Shown in pieces: positions 25,176-37,800 of a stretch of DNA of 64,000 nucleotides. The stretch covers positions 66,649,350 through 66,713,349 of the forward strand of contig NC_058131.1 of NCBI RefSeq assembly GCF_016433145.1. Direction: 5' to 3'. A program made the position numbers and the translations under genes. The first letter of the stretch is position 1. Each line of letters opens with the position of its first letter. The notes below the pieces were generated by a model, which saw nothing but the letters and a program-made list of their open reading frames with translations, had not been told where the DNA came from and made no database searches. Source of the DNA: Gracilinanus agilis (lineage: Eukaryota).

Positions 25176-25375
25176 GGGGGCAGCTGGGTAGCTCAGTGGA
25201 TTGAGAGTCAGGCCTAGAGACGGGAGGTCCTAGGTTCAAATCTGGCCTCAGACACTTCCCAGCTGTGTGACCCTGGGCAAGTCACTTGACCCCCATTGCC
25301 TACCCTTACCACTCTTCTGCCTTGGAGCCAATATACAGTATTGACTTCAAGACGGAAGGTAAGGGTTTTAAAAAA
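25176..25375 (+). mobile_element. SINE1_Mdo, young full-length copy
   Basis: ggggcagctgggtagctcagtggattgagagtcaggcctagagacgggaggtcctaggttcaaatc...; perfect 16-bp TSD aaataactatattcta (25160-25175, 25376-25391). Confidence 0.96.
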
Positions 25376-26477
25376 AAATAACTATATTCTATATTCTAAA
25401 TTATTTTACATTCTATTTTCTAAGATCTCTTCCAGCTCCTATCTTCTACTGTATGTTATAATATTTTACATTTTTAGGTTTCTCCTAGTGTTAACATTCA
25501 AGGTTCTAATTTCCCAATTAGTTCAAAGAACACTATATTCTCCTTTCTATGGTCTCTCTTAGCTCTAACTACTGTATGGTCTAATATTCTAAGGCTCCTC
25601 TTGGATCTAAAAATCTAAAAATATTTATTCTCCAATTTTATATCATAAGGACCCTTCTTTCTTCTCTAACATCTTCTAACAAAATATGATGATGAGACCT
25701 GCTTGCATACCATATTCATTCTGAGGGTTATGCAGATGTATGTAATGAAACCCCACATTCAAAACTCATACCATATTTTGGCCATAAGAATATTTTCACT
25801 AACAAGCTGAAAACTCTGGAAAGAAAAATATATAATTTCAACACTATTATAACTTAAGAAGCAACTCAACAATGCTACTACTGCTCTCATTCCTGAAGAT
25901 CGTTATTTTTAGTTTTATGGAGAGAGTGTAGTTGATCGTGCTGACTGAAAATGTACCCTCTGAAAGGCGTAGAAAATTGTTATATTTAAAATGTTGGGAT
26001 GTAGTACTTTCATAAAAAGGAAAAGAAATTGTCATATACAAAGAATTGCTCCTTGAACAGTCTACAGCTGAAAGTAGCAATTAAAAAAAAAAAAAAAACC
26101 TCACAAATAAGAGTCCAGGTAAGGCAAAACCATTTTCTTCCCTAGGAGTCGATCCTTGAGAATGAAAAGGAGAACTACTGAAAAATGGTTTGATGTGTGC
26201 TCAGTCAGCAGAGTTTGATGTCAGGTTTCAGCACCAACCATCGTCCTTTGTTATCCATGTTATAGAGCATTTTCTATTAGTTCCTTGCCTCAGAAATCTG
26301 TAGACACTCAATGAAGGTCATTGCACCACTCTTGTATACCATTTAGCTCAAGAAAATTCAGGTGAAACTAACTAACTTGAGTTGAGTCTACTGACAGAAA
26401 ATATGATAGATGAGCATATACATAGTTGTGCAAGAAATGATAGAACAGAACCCTGTGTAAGAGGGACAGTATGATAT

Positions 26478-27015
26478 TTGTGTTCCTTCTTCATTCTTTT
26501 TGAAAGGGATCTATGATCACCTGGTTATGTCTTTACTTGCTTGAGTATAGAATCTAAGTGAGTCAGAGTTGCACAGTGTCATTAACCTCACTCTTCCAGA
26601 TTCATCAAAGTTCATTGTCAAGACAAAAGTCTGAATAATTGGTTATGGCCGAGGATGCAGTGGGTGATCTTATCATTTTAGATGTCTGACCAAGCCCCAA
26701 GCACTCCATGGCATCTACTTTAAACTCCTTCAGGTCACTGGAACAAATTGTTCTCATCTATCCATTCCACCAGGAGTTTTTACATGTTTGAGGAACTCAT
26801 CATCCCAATTAATCACCAACCTTTTGGTTGTCCTCATTTAGGTTTATCCTGCCTGTCAAGACAATTTTACCAGAGTATAACCTTTGAACACACTACAGCT
26901 TCTTTGAGACATGGATGAGAGTTTGATGAAAGGTAGACACCAAAGGTGGATGATCAGCATTGAAAATTACTCAGCATGTCATCACACTAGAAGTGCTAGT
27001 TCTCTCTGAACACCC
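26478..27015 (+). mobile_element. WallSI3/4-like SINE
   Basis: Same motif order as 8786-9295 (aagtgagtcagagttgcacag...caagacaaaagtc...ggaacaaattgttctcatc...gacaccaaaggtggatga). Confidence 0.7.
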
Positions 27016-27039
27016 TATATACTTCCCCATAGTTCTACC

Positions 27040-27675
27040 ACTAAAGAAGCAGGATCTTATACCTAAGAATTTCAACCAAAATAAAGGTGACAGGGTCATA
27101 CTATCTTAAGGAGTGTTGTAGTATATTATTCAGTATGAGATAGTGTCATGACAATTGTCTGGTACTCTATCTTGGTCATACTACTTAATATTCAGTTCTA
27201 GGACCATAGGATCATATTTGCAAGGATATCTGTAATGTAAAGTCTATTCAGAGGAAGATGATCTGGATGAAAAAGTTTTGCAGACCCTTTCATAGAGGAC
27301 TGCTTAAAAGGTTGAGGCATGTTTAGCCTAAAAAGGAGAAGACTCAGGATATTAGAGTTGTCTTAGTATCTAAGGATTCATCATGTGGAGAGACATATTT
27401 TTCTGCTTGATTTAGAGGAAAGAAATAGAATCAATGTGTAGAATTTATATGGAGGCATATCTGAGTTCCATATAAAGAAAATCTTTACAACAATTAGAGT
27501 TATTTAAAAGTAGAATGAACTGCCTAATGCAATAGTAAGTTGCCTGTCATTACAGGTCATTAAATAGAAATTGTAGAACTAGAAATATTTTCAGTAAATT
27601 TTGTTGAGGGGGTCTCTATTCATTTTCCAATTAGACTAAAAGATCTTCAAATTCTGAGATTCTAAGACTATGACT
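27040..27675 (+). mobile_element. L3/CR1 3' relic
   Basis: ggcatgtttagcctaaaaaggagaagactcagg...tcatgtggagagac...acaattagagttatt...gatcttcaaattctgagattcta. Confidence 0.65.
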
Positions 27676-27999
27676 GAGAGCCAGCCAATATGCTACAATA
27701 ACTTGCTTCAGAAACAGTCAAGTAAAAGGGTTATGCCAAGGGATCATCAACAGCCAGGGCAGAAGATGTCATTTTTTTTCAGCCTGAGTTATAACTCAGT
27801 TGTTAATTACCTTCATAGGACAGCACACTGGATATAAATGACCCCAGTTGTGTTCTCTTTATTGCCATTTCTTTACACTTAATCTATTTTTTCCCTTAAA
27901 TCTATTCAGACAACTTTGCTCATTGCCAGTGGATATATCTTGGGTGTAACTATTACTGTGTTTATTTCCCTTCTGATTCCAACAATACTATTCAATGAA

Positions 28000-28720
28000 A
28001 GTGTTTTGTAGTTCTCATCAAATCAAAGAATCTTAGTTTTAGAAGAGTCATAAGAAGTCATCTTGTCCACCATCCACCTGAAAAAAGAATCCTCTCTATA
28101 CCATATCTGACAAGTGTCCATCCAGACTTTTAGTGAAAAGGAAAACACCAGATGATTGAGTAAGGGGGAAACTACTGCCCTTGAAATTATATCATTCTAC
28201 TTTTGGGTAGTTCAAATTGTTAGGAGGTATCCCCTAACCCTTGTATTAAGATTGGATTTGACTCTTTGTAGCTTCATTCTATTTCTCCTGATTCTCCTTT
28301 GTGGGGTCAAGAAAAAACAAGATTAAGTCTTTTTCTATCTTATTAAATTTTAAATATTTGAAAATACTTATCATTCCCCACTTATCTTCTCCATTGTAAA
28401 AATTCCAAGTTCCTTCCTTTGTTCTTTAAGCATTTGAAACTCAAAGCCCTTTATTGTCCTATCTGCTCTCTACAAGATGCTCTCTAGACATAGCTAGATG
28501 TCTTCACTAAAATGTAATGTCCAAAATTGAGCACAATATTCAATATGTAGTCTGGACAGAGTAGAATAAAATTGAATAATAGTTCCATCTTTTCATGGAA
28601 TTTTTGCTTCTCTGAACTCATAGTGGGACTGAATTAGTTTTCTTGATAGATGTAGTACTCAACTGATATTGAGTTTGTAGTAAAGTAAAACCACCAGATT
28701 TATTTCAGCACTTGCTGATA
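28000..28720 (-). mobile_element. L3/CR1 relic
   Basis: Antisense CR1 3' pattern (ccatatctgacaagtgtccatccagac...aaaatgtaatgtccaaaattgagcacaatattc). Confidence 0.6.
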
Positions 28721-29192
28721 TCTACATATTATTTTTGCTGAATTGATTCATTGTGCTCAAGTGTTATACATTTGTTTTGTTTTGTTTTCATTTAACCTTA
28801 ATAAATTCTACTGTATTTGATTAAGCCCTCTGTTCTAGAGTCTCAAGATTTTTTTGGAGGAGGGAAAGGATAGAGGATATTCCTGACTTTCATCTATTAT
28901 GTTACCTAATCTGATTAAGCTTTTTATTGTCTTCATGCAAAGGCAATCAGGCAATGTGCTAAAGATATTTAATAAGTTTTCTGCAGTAAAAGACAAATAA
29001 TAAATCAAAAAGATGTAAGTATGGTCTTTCAAATTTGAAGGGATCATTTGGTATCTTGTAAGGGATATAAAATTTCAGAACCCTCATTTGTACTTCAAAA
29101 ATAATGTGAGGATTTTATTTACTCATTTGCTTAAGAATCAGGAATATTAGCCTACTTGATGTTTCTTACACGCAATACTCTATCTCTCATCA

Positions 29193-30265
29193 AGGGCAGC
29201 TAGGTGGTGTGACTTGTGCGCCTGTCCTAAAGTCAGGAAAAATTGAGTTCAAATCTAGTCTCAGACACTTACTAGTTGTGCCACCTGGACAAGTCACTTA
29301 GTGCTGTTTGCCTCTATTACCTCATTTGTACAATGATGTGGAGAAGGAAATGGCAAGTGTAGTGGGTAAATAATCACACAGAAGGTAGTAGAGGGAGAAG
29401 GGGATGAATGAGGAATGATTGGGGTAAATTGGGTTAACTGCCTGACACACAAATACACTGGGAATCATACCTACTCCCACAAACACAGGACACAGCTGGT
29501 AGTGAGTGATGACAGGGTTGTGAATGGCAGTTAGACCCAACTGTCTTCCTTAACTAAGCCAGGGAATCAAGAATTCAGTTAGTGAGTTCTTGATTGGTTG
29601 TAGAGAAGGAAAGTTGTCTATAAGTTATAAAAACTATTTAATAAAGTCTTGGGAAGGAAGGTGGGATTAGGTTAGTCTAAGCTAAAGCTAAGGGATCTGC
29701 CAAATGCCAATAGAATGTGCTGACTTCACAGATGTAAGCACAGACAGGCAGCCAAGCTAGAAATCAGGAGTGACTGCTGTAGGCTTTGGAATCAAAGGGG
29801 ATTTCTCATACTCCTGGAGATGATGTATCAAAGTTGAGAGCATGATGTTCAGGTAGATGAATAAATCCTTGTCAGTCAATAAATCCACAGACTGGATTAG
29901 AGACACTCTGTGACCAGTCCACCCAATCACAGAGACATGCCCTTCCCTCAGGCCTGATGCTTGCCAGATGTCTCCCCAAGATCTCCAAATCCAGGATACA
30001 AACTGCTAACCAAATCCAAGATGCCACATACCCTGATCCTTGCTCCTGGCAGTTCAGACTCCCCCAAACCACTCCTCTTTCTGCATTCTATCTAGAATGT
30101 CCATCTCTTCCAGTAAAGTTCATGTGTCCTGCTGTCTATGCATTCCTATTTCCTTGCTACCTATCTTCATGTCCTACCTTAAATTTGCCTACAACACAAG
30201 CCACTCTACTATCTTTGTCAAGGATATCCCAAAATAAATTACAAAGAGTTGAATATGACTGAAGA
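29193..30265 (+). mobile_element. Mar1 SINE split by a solo LTR (arms 29193-29357 and 30197-30265)
   Basis: ...ggagaaggaaatggcaag | LTR | caagccactctactatctttgtcaagg...aaagagttgaatatgactgaa rejoins the Mar1 tail. Confidence 0.88.
29358..30196. mobile_element. solo LTR, 839 bp, ERV1-like
   Basis: TG...CA termini (tgtagtggg...cctacaaca); 4-bp TSD caag (29354-29357, 30197-30200); no internal retroviral sequence. Confidence 0.88.
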
Positions 30266-30859
30266 CAAGTAAACTTCAACAACAATAATCCATTAAACGA
30301 AACAATAATTCTCATGAGGAATAAGCCCTACCTAGTAGTTGAACATCTTTTCTAACACAGATATCTTTACCCAGTTATTTTGTTTGTCCTTCCTTTCAAA
30401 GAAGACATCTATATTAGATAATCCACTGTTTTTCCTTAATTGTCTCTTCTTCTGGTCTCTCATATAACTTCTTTTAATAGTCAACATAAGTTTGTAATAA
30501 GTTTAACAGTAGTCTGTAGACAATAACTATAGGAAGTAATATTGCAAAGTCATGTACAGATTGTCCCAAAGATCAAATGACTATAATTTGCAAATTGTAG
30601 GTAGTGCACAAAAATCACATCTTGAAATTATGTGCTAAATCAGGGGAAGCCATGTAAGCTTTTCTGTCAGGACCTTCTGATCTGATGATATGATAACCCC
30701 AAATAAGATACAAATATCCGCAGTAAGACTACAAGAAAATCCAATGGTATAAACAAATTGAGATAATGTGGATGTATTAGCTTTAAAGTTTTACTAATAA
30801 GTTTGATATATTATGTTAATGAACTAATCCTAGATTTGCAAAGATAAAAGGTTACCTGT

Positions 30860-31230
30860 TTCCCATCAAAACCTTATAAAATTGTGAGCTTGACTCCTAC
30901 CTCTTCACCAAGTACTCTTCTATCTCCATCTGGGTTCATGCTATCTAGGACTCCCAATTCTTTCTAACTTTCTCCCACTCCATCCTCTTCCCCATGCTGT
31001 CTATATTTTTCTATCACTATCTTGTTCCCATACTCTCTGATTTTGTAGTTTTTCCTTCTCACCACTTGCTTCTGTATTTTCTGTGCTGCTCACCTCAGTA
31101 CCCTCTGTGCCTTATTAAAGTGTGACTGGATCATTACTCTGCACTACTGTTGGCTTTCCCAGTGAGTATCCAAGAAAATGAGGCATGCCACTGGCCCTGA
31201 TTTCATAATTCTACAAATTAATTTGCAACT
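30860..31230. mobile_element. L2 internal relic
   Basis: Pyrimidine-rich L2 ORF2-like sequence (gactcctacctcttc...ggctttcccag...ttctacaaatt). Confidence 0.5.
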
Positions 31231-31389
31231 CACAAACAAAATTGCTTAACATGGAGTTGATAATCAAAATAGTTAGGAAGGTAATGAAAGTCCATCTACC
31301 TTTCATTGATAAATTAAAGCCATCAGGTTCAGAAGATTTACATCTTTATGTACTGGGGAAACAAAACCAAAACAAAACACACATATGTT

Positions 31390-32850
31390 TTTCCTAGGCC
31401 ACTATCAGTTATGTTTGCAATGTCAGAAGAAACTGAAGAGCTATCACAACATTGAATAGGTGCCAATGTAACTATTAGAAGAAGAGAACAAAATTATAAA
31501 CTATGGGACAGAAAGCTTGACTTTAATGACTAGGAAATTCTAGCATAGATAATTAAAGAGATGGTTGACAAAAAACTAGAAACAGAGGCTGTGATTTTAA
31601 AAAGCCAACATGGTTTCATCAAGAGCAACTCAAATCATTTCAACTTAATTTTCTTTTCTGACAAGATCATGGAATTAGCAGACATGAGGAATTCTGCAGT
31701 AATTGTTCTCCATATTGGGGGGGTAGGGGTGAGTTTTGATAAAGAATAGTATTCTTGAAGAGAAAATAGACAGATATATTTTAGCTGACAATACAATTAA
31801 ATAGCTTGGTTGGTGGATGAATGGCTATATTTATATAGTTTTTAATGGTTGAATGTCAATATTTTAGTAGGTTTCCAGCAAATTAAGGGTATTTGGTTCT
31901 GTTCTGTTTTAATATTATTTTTTCAGTGACTTAGATAAAGGTAAAAATGGATAGTTTATAAAATTTCACATAGCAGAAATCTAAAAGGGTTATCTAACAT
32001 ATTAAATAATAATTGAGGTTCAAAAGAGTTCTTGACAAGCTAAAGTATTTAGCTGAATGAATCTAATGAGATAAAATTCAATGAGAAAAATTGCATAAAA
32101 TCTTGCAAATGCGTACAAAAATTAACTTGGCAAATGCAAAAAAAAATGGAATCATGTTTGTTCAGGAAAATATGCAGAGTTTTTTACTGGTCTGAAAGTT
32201 CCATATAGCTAGGAGTATTATGTGGCAAAGATGATCGTGGAATGCACTAAGAAAGGTAAGGGCAAAGCAATGATAGGCTTCTTGCACTCTGCTCTCATAA
32301 CACCTCATCCAGATTATTGTCTTCCATTACATGTTCCAAGTATAATGTGACTGATAAGATAGAGAGAATAGATGATGGCAACCAGGAGTTTGAGGACCTT
32401 GAGTTCAGCTCACATGAAGACTGAATGAAAGAAATGAAATGCTTTGCTTTGAGAAGATAAAGGTGGAGAGGAAGGGAATATTGTAGCTGTCTTCAAAGTT
32501 GTGGAGTGTCAGGAAAAGCCTTGAAACTTGTTCCCTTTATCGTCAGAAAAACCAGCAAAAACAGGTAGAATGGTAAAGAAGTCAATTTCAGCTTTGTGTT
32601 GAGGAAAAAAACCAAAACAACAACAGCAAAACTTTAAACAATGGAAGTTTTGGAAGACTTTCAAACTTTGAAAAGCTTTGCTGACTTTCCAAAAGAGGAA
32701 CAACTTCCTTAAGACACAATGCCCTCTTATTGGTCTTCAAATAGCATCAGCAAGATTACTTGCCAGATGTGTTACAGTGAGAATCATACTCAGGTATGAA
32801 GACTAGATAATTGATGGAGTCTCTTCAAATTCTAATATTGTGTGATGTTG
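31390..32850 (+). mobile_element. L3/CR1 ORF2 + 3' relic (about 1.4 kb)
   Basis: ORF 31561-31749 MVDKKLETEAVILKSQHGFIKSNSNHFNLIFFSDKI resembles the CR1 RT SQHGF...NL..F.DK motif; CR1 tail near 32820-32845. Confidence 0.8.
31561..31749 (+). pseudogene. decayed CR1/L3 reverse transcriptase fragment
   Basis: SQHGF motif in the provided ORF track. Confidence 0.75.
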
Positions 32851-33974
32851 TAATTAATTATTTTGATCAAATATGCTATTAAATGGTAACAGATTATAGT
32901 ATGATATCCCCATGGCTGGCATTTTACTCTATCATGAAATAAAATAGTACTAATGAAATTTTTCAAGTGGACAAATTCTACTGAAATTGCTAATAGATTT
33001 CTATAGCATTTGGTGTTTGTCTGGAGGTCAAATTCTTATATAAACAAAAAGTGTTATAGTGAACTAATTCAGTGCTTTTCCCTGGTGCCACCAATAACAT
33101 GCCCCTGTCAAGTTATCTTGAAAAGAGTCATGTGCTAGTCCTTCTAAACTCAAGGGATGGCTGATTATATGAATCCTTAGATCTTCTGGACTCTGACAGT
33201 GAAATGTATCCTGGATAATATGAAGAAAAGGCAAAGATTTCTGTGGGTCAATTTCTGGCACCTTATTAGAACAAAAAAGAGATTTTTGTTCTAATAAGAG
33301 GAGCTCATTTCGAATAAAGATAGAGAACAGGTATTGGTAGATAAGTACTGGAATTAATTTTTATGGACTTATTGTTTGAATTGCATTTTACCTCCCTTGC
33401 CAGGGTCGATTAGAATTGCTCTAAGACTCTGTAAAGCACCAGGGGTTGCTCAGAGGAAAAAAAGCTATAGCTGAGCCAAGAAATAATGATGATAATAAGA
33501 ATTTTCATTTACAAGAAAATCTTAAATCACATGTAACACGAAGATAAGAGGAAAATGTTAACTCGGAATCATACAATCATAAGATATTCATGAAATTACA
33601 AAACCATAGAATCTTCAAATAAACTCAGACTGTTCAGAGAACCATAAGGAATCCATAAACCATAGAATCTTAGTGGTATCAACAAAAGGAAATAAAATAC
33701 AAATTTCATAGAACCAAAGAAATTAAATTTTTCATGAATTCATAGAAATATATTTTATAAGTATAGAATATTTAAAACTTATAAAGAACATTTACATACA
33801 GAAAATTGGCATGTATACATATTATGTGTACATTTATATATGCACATTTAAATTCATACATATATTTAGATTAATTCAAGTTAATAAATAAAATAATGTT
33901 TATAAACTAAATTTTATAATTTTTATAAATCTCTTCTACAAGCTACTTTCTAATTCCTTGATTTAATTAAAACT

Positions 33975-34250
33975 GGGCTTACCTAGTTGTTCCCCAACCT
34001 GTCAGAGAAATCTTTCCCATTTTTTTGGTCAGATCGTCATCTACTTCTCACCACTGGCCAGAAAAATTGGTTCTTGCTGTTCTCCAACAGGGACTTTTCA
34101 TTTTCCACTACTATACATTCACATAATACATTCACAGGTACGTATTATACATTCCTGTGCTTGGAATGGGAATTCACTTCAACTCTGCTTCTCAAATACC
34201 TCTCTACTCCACACCAAGTCTCAACTAAGATGAAACTTGGTTAAAACAAT
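33975..34250 (+). mobile_element. L2 fragment
   Basis: cctgtgcttggaatgg...tctgcttctcaaatacc pattern. Confidence 0.5.
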
Positions 34251-34469
34251 TGAGATTAGAGTCCAGGGATGATGATTATCTTCATTTAGGTTCAGACCTA
34301 TATTCCCATGTGCACTCATGGACACAATACACAAGAAGGAAGCAACAAAGTTGATCAAGAAAACAAAACAGAGGTAAGGAAGACATTGATTGTACAAGAG
34401 AAAAACAAAAATACAGGACAACAATAAAAACACCTTGTGATTAGTAAGTTCTAGTAATGAAAAAAATCA

Positions 34470-34710
34470 GTCAGAGATAAAATACTGGATTTAATCAGAA
34501 TACCTGGATTTGAGTTCTGATTTCCTATGTAAAAGGGAATTCTTGTACAAGTGTAAACTCAAAGAGAATAAAGAATTCCCTTTTACACTTATGACCTGAA
34601 TAACATTGGACAAGGTCTTTCACCTTCTTGGGCCCTCTTTTCCTCATGTATAAAATGAGTTGTTAAATTAACTGATTATTAAATTCCCTTCTGACTCTAA
34701 AATTTATGGA
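34470..34710 (+). mobile_element. MIR/MIR3 relic interrupted by a 60-bp inverted repeat
   Basis: cctggatttgagttctga | IR | ...ggacaaggtctttcaccttcttgggcctc...cctcatgtataaaatgag. Confidence 0.65.
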
Positions 34711-34729
34711 CCTTCCATAATTCTAGCTA

Positions 34730-34965
34730 GGGCATCTAGGTGGCTCAGTGGATAAAGTGCCAGTTCTGGAATCAGGAAGACCTGAGTTTAAATCTGGCCT
34801 CATACACTTACTAGCTATGTGACTGGCTAAATCACTTAACCCAGTTTGCCTTAGTTTCCTCATCTGTAAAATGATATGTAGAAGGAAATGCCAAACCACT
34901 CAAATATTTCTGCCAAGAAAACCTCAAATAGAGTCATGAAGAGTCAGATAACTGAAACAACTAAG
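34730..34965 (+). mobile_element. Mar1 SINE
   Basis: gggcatctaggtggctcagtggataaag...gaaggaaatgccaaaccactcaaatatttctgccaagaaaacc...catgaagagtcaga. Confidence 0.88.
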
Positions 34966-36314
34966 CCACAGGATCAAATAATTAGAGCTATTCCAAAGTG
35001 CAAAGGACTTCCTCAGGGAGGAGTAAAGTTTCTTCTCAAAAGATGTCTTCAAACAAAGGCTGGCTGACTATCTGTCAGGTGTAGAATAGTGAGGAATCCT
35101 TTTCAATTTGGGCTCCTCCCTTTGATGCACTCTCTTCTTCCATGAATCTGTAAGCTCATTGAGGGAAGTGACTGTCTTTCTCTCTGCTTGTATTTATTTT
35201 CTCAGTTCTTGGGATTTTATGCTTTTGGGGCTCTGAAAGGATTATTGGGGCATGAAAAGCATTCATGCTATGGACCTATATCAATGCTTGAACAATTAGG
35301 TTTGATATAGGATAAAATTTCAGAATCTGTAGTGGAACTAGGAGAAAAGTAAATATCGTAGATTTGAGTACTTCCTCAATGGGAGATTCTGGGTAGGAAT
35401 TAATCCATCACAAGAGGAGGCTATGGCATCACCCACAGCATCTCCTATGTTAATAGGTAACTGAGGGGGATATGTGAAAGTTGTAAATAAACATAATCAT
35501 GAAATTGCCACAAGTTTATGGATTTTCTTCCAGTTCTTTCTGTAAGGGGCCAACTCACTCAATCCTCATTTGGACTATTATCTGCTTCTGAAAAAGCTAG
35601 GTAATTTAAGGGAAGTGGCACTAAAACCTGAGTCTTATTTTCCAGGGGATGGATGCTCCTTACCCTAGCTGTGGATAATATGGTTCACCAGTCATCAGTA
35701 ATATCACCATTAAATAAAGGCGAGCCATTTTCTTTAGACTATCTGAGTAACCTTCAGTTGTCTAATGAATGAATGATCTTTTCTCCGGCTTTCCAGCCAA
35801 GAAGCCATTATCCCGTTATTCTCCAAATGAAGTGGTATTTTGGTTGTAATATAGTGGACCAGGCAAAGGCCAGCAGTCTCTTACTTATCTATTTTTCATG
35901 AGGACACCATAACTGGCCATCCATAAGAAGACCTATGTAAAGATGCTATCTAGTGATCATCAGTTCCTTGGGGGCATGATACTGTACTTCTTGATGAGTC
36001 TACCATATAGTAAGAAATTGCCTCTACAAACCTCAGTGCCAGTTACTGCTTCTTCTCTTCACTCTTCTGTGTGAGATACATTGTGCTGATACAAGACAAT
36101 CTAATTAAATCAGACTAATATTCATACAATACCAAATCTAATTAATTCTCCCATCTCTTCCTATGTCTTTATGGCCAATGGTCAGTATATGGGAGAGGCA
36201 ACAGGATATCCAGGAAAAATCACATTAGACTAGTAGTCATGAGATCTAAGCTCCAGGCCAGGCTCCACTTACTTGCTGAGTAGCCTTAGAAAATCTCTAA
36301 ATTTGTAAAAGAGT

Positions 36315-36552
36315 CAGTTTGAATAGGTTTATGAGAGCCAATAGTTAAATTTTCAGTTTGAACATGTACACCTTGGCAATTGATAATTATTACATGCTAA
36401 ACCAAGGTGTGTTTTTTTGATGGGGTGAGGGGTAGACATTAGAAAGTTACATAAAACATGCTAATAATATGAATTAAATTTAAAAGGATATCATACATAT
36501 TTCTTTTTTTCTTTTTTATTCTGGAAAGCTGATTTACTAGCACATCACTGTA
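36315..36552. mobile_element. MER63-like hAT relic
   Basis: gagagccaatagttaaattttcag...taataatatgaattaaatttaaaag...ggaaagctgatttactagcacatcactg. Confidence 0.65.
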
Positions 36553-36589
36553 CTCACCCCTTTTATCCTGCCTTTAGTTATTAACATTC

Positions 36590-36734
36590 TCTCCCTCTTG
36601 AAATATGTATATATTACATGTAATATGTACATATCATATACATAATATTCATTATATAATACATAAAGTATATATTATATAGTATACATGTAATACATTA
36701 TATATACATGTATTTCATGGCAAATATTTTATAC
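36590..36734. repeat. (TA)-rich low complexity
   Basis: atat/acat runs adjacent to the gap. Confidence 0.85.
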
Positions 36735-36884
36735 NNNNNNNNNNNNNNNNNNNNNNNNNNNNNNNNNNNNNNNNNNNNNNNNNNNNNNNNNNNNNNNNNN
36801 NNNNNNNNNNNNNNNNNNNNNNNNNNNNNNNNNNNNNNNNNNNNNNNNNNNNNNNNNNNNNNNNNNNNNNNNNNNNNNNNNNNN
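36735..36884. other. assembly gap (150 N)
   Basis: N run. Confidence 1.
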
Positions 36885-37229
36885 TATTTTCAATATAATG
36901 AATTTCCTGGAGGCAAGAATTGTTTCATTTTTATCTCTATATCTCATCCCTATCACAGAGCCTCACATATGGAAGCTGTTTAATTAAGGCATATAAAATT
37001 GAATGAAATTTAAATTTGTTAGGTCTTAGTTTTCTTGTTTATACGATAGGGTAAATCGTCCCTGAAAATTATCCATTCCATGGTGTTACTGTATGGAATA
37101 ATTTGACTACTGACTATAGATAGTATTATTTAGTAATTATGAGACATTACAATGAATAAAAACTCATTATTAAATAACTAATTTAAGTCGTAGAGGTCAT
37201 TGCCCCTAAATAGAGTAAGACTAACAGCC

Positions 37230-37800
37230 ATACAGAGCCTGAACCCACAAATCTGATCAGATCATTTCTTGCTCAACCAGCTCAACCCCATTGGTTCCCT
37301 CTTGCCTGTAGGGTGAAGTCTGAAGTCCTTTAAAATGGCATTCTGGTGTTCCTGTCTCTGATTACTATATGTAATTTTTCTTCAGGCACTTTGTATTTCA
37401 GCCTAATGGACCTCCTTGGCTCACTTTGTCCAAGGCATCATAGCTCACTGCTCAGTGCCTTTAAATGGACTGTCCTGGATCTGTAGAAAATAATCCTTCA
37501 TCATTTCTGACCCTTAAAATGGTAACTTCCTACAAAGATCTGTGTGTATAGAACATGCTCCTGGAAACTCTCCTCATCAGCCAAGTTGCTAGAGCTCCAT
37601 CCCTAGATATTATTTTGTGTATATTTTTATTTATTTTTCTACGTATGTGTTGTTTTCCGTTTTCCCCAATAGAATACAAGCTTCCTGTTGGCAGGCTCAG
37701 TTTGGGTTTTGATTCATTATCTCTAGAATTTAGTTTAGTGCTTGACTCTCTGCAGATTAGTTACTTAATGAATGCTTGTTGAATCTAATTGAATTGAAGG
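37230..37800 (+). mobile_element. L2 3' relic
   Basis: cccattggttccctcttgcc...gaatacaagcttcctgttggcagg...acttaatgaatgcttgttgaat tail. Confidence 0.65.

Noticed and set aside
25176-25250. tRNA-like A/B boxes (here and in other SINE heads)
   Set aside because: These are SINE internal Pol III promoters, not tRNA genes; no cloverleaf completion.
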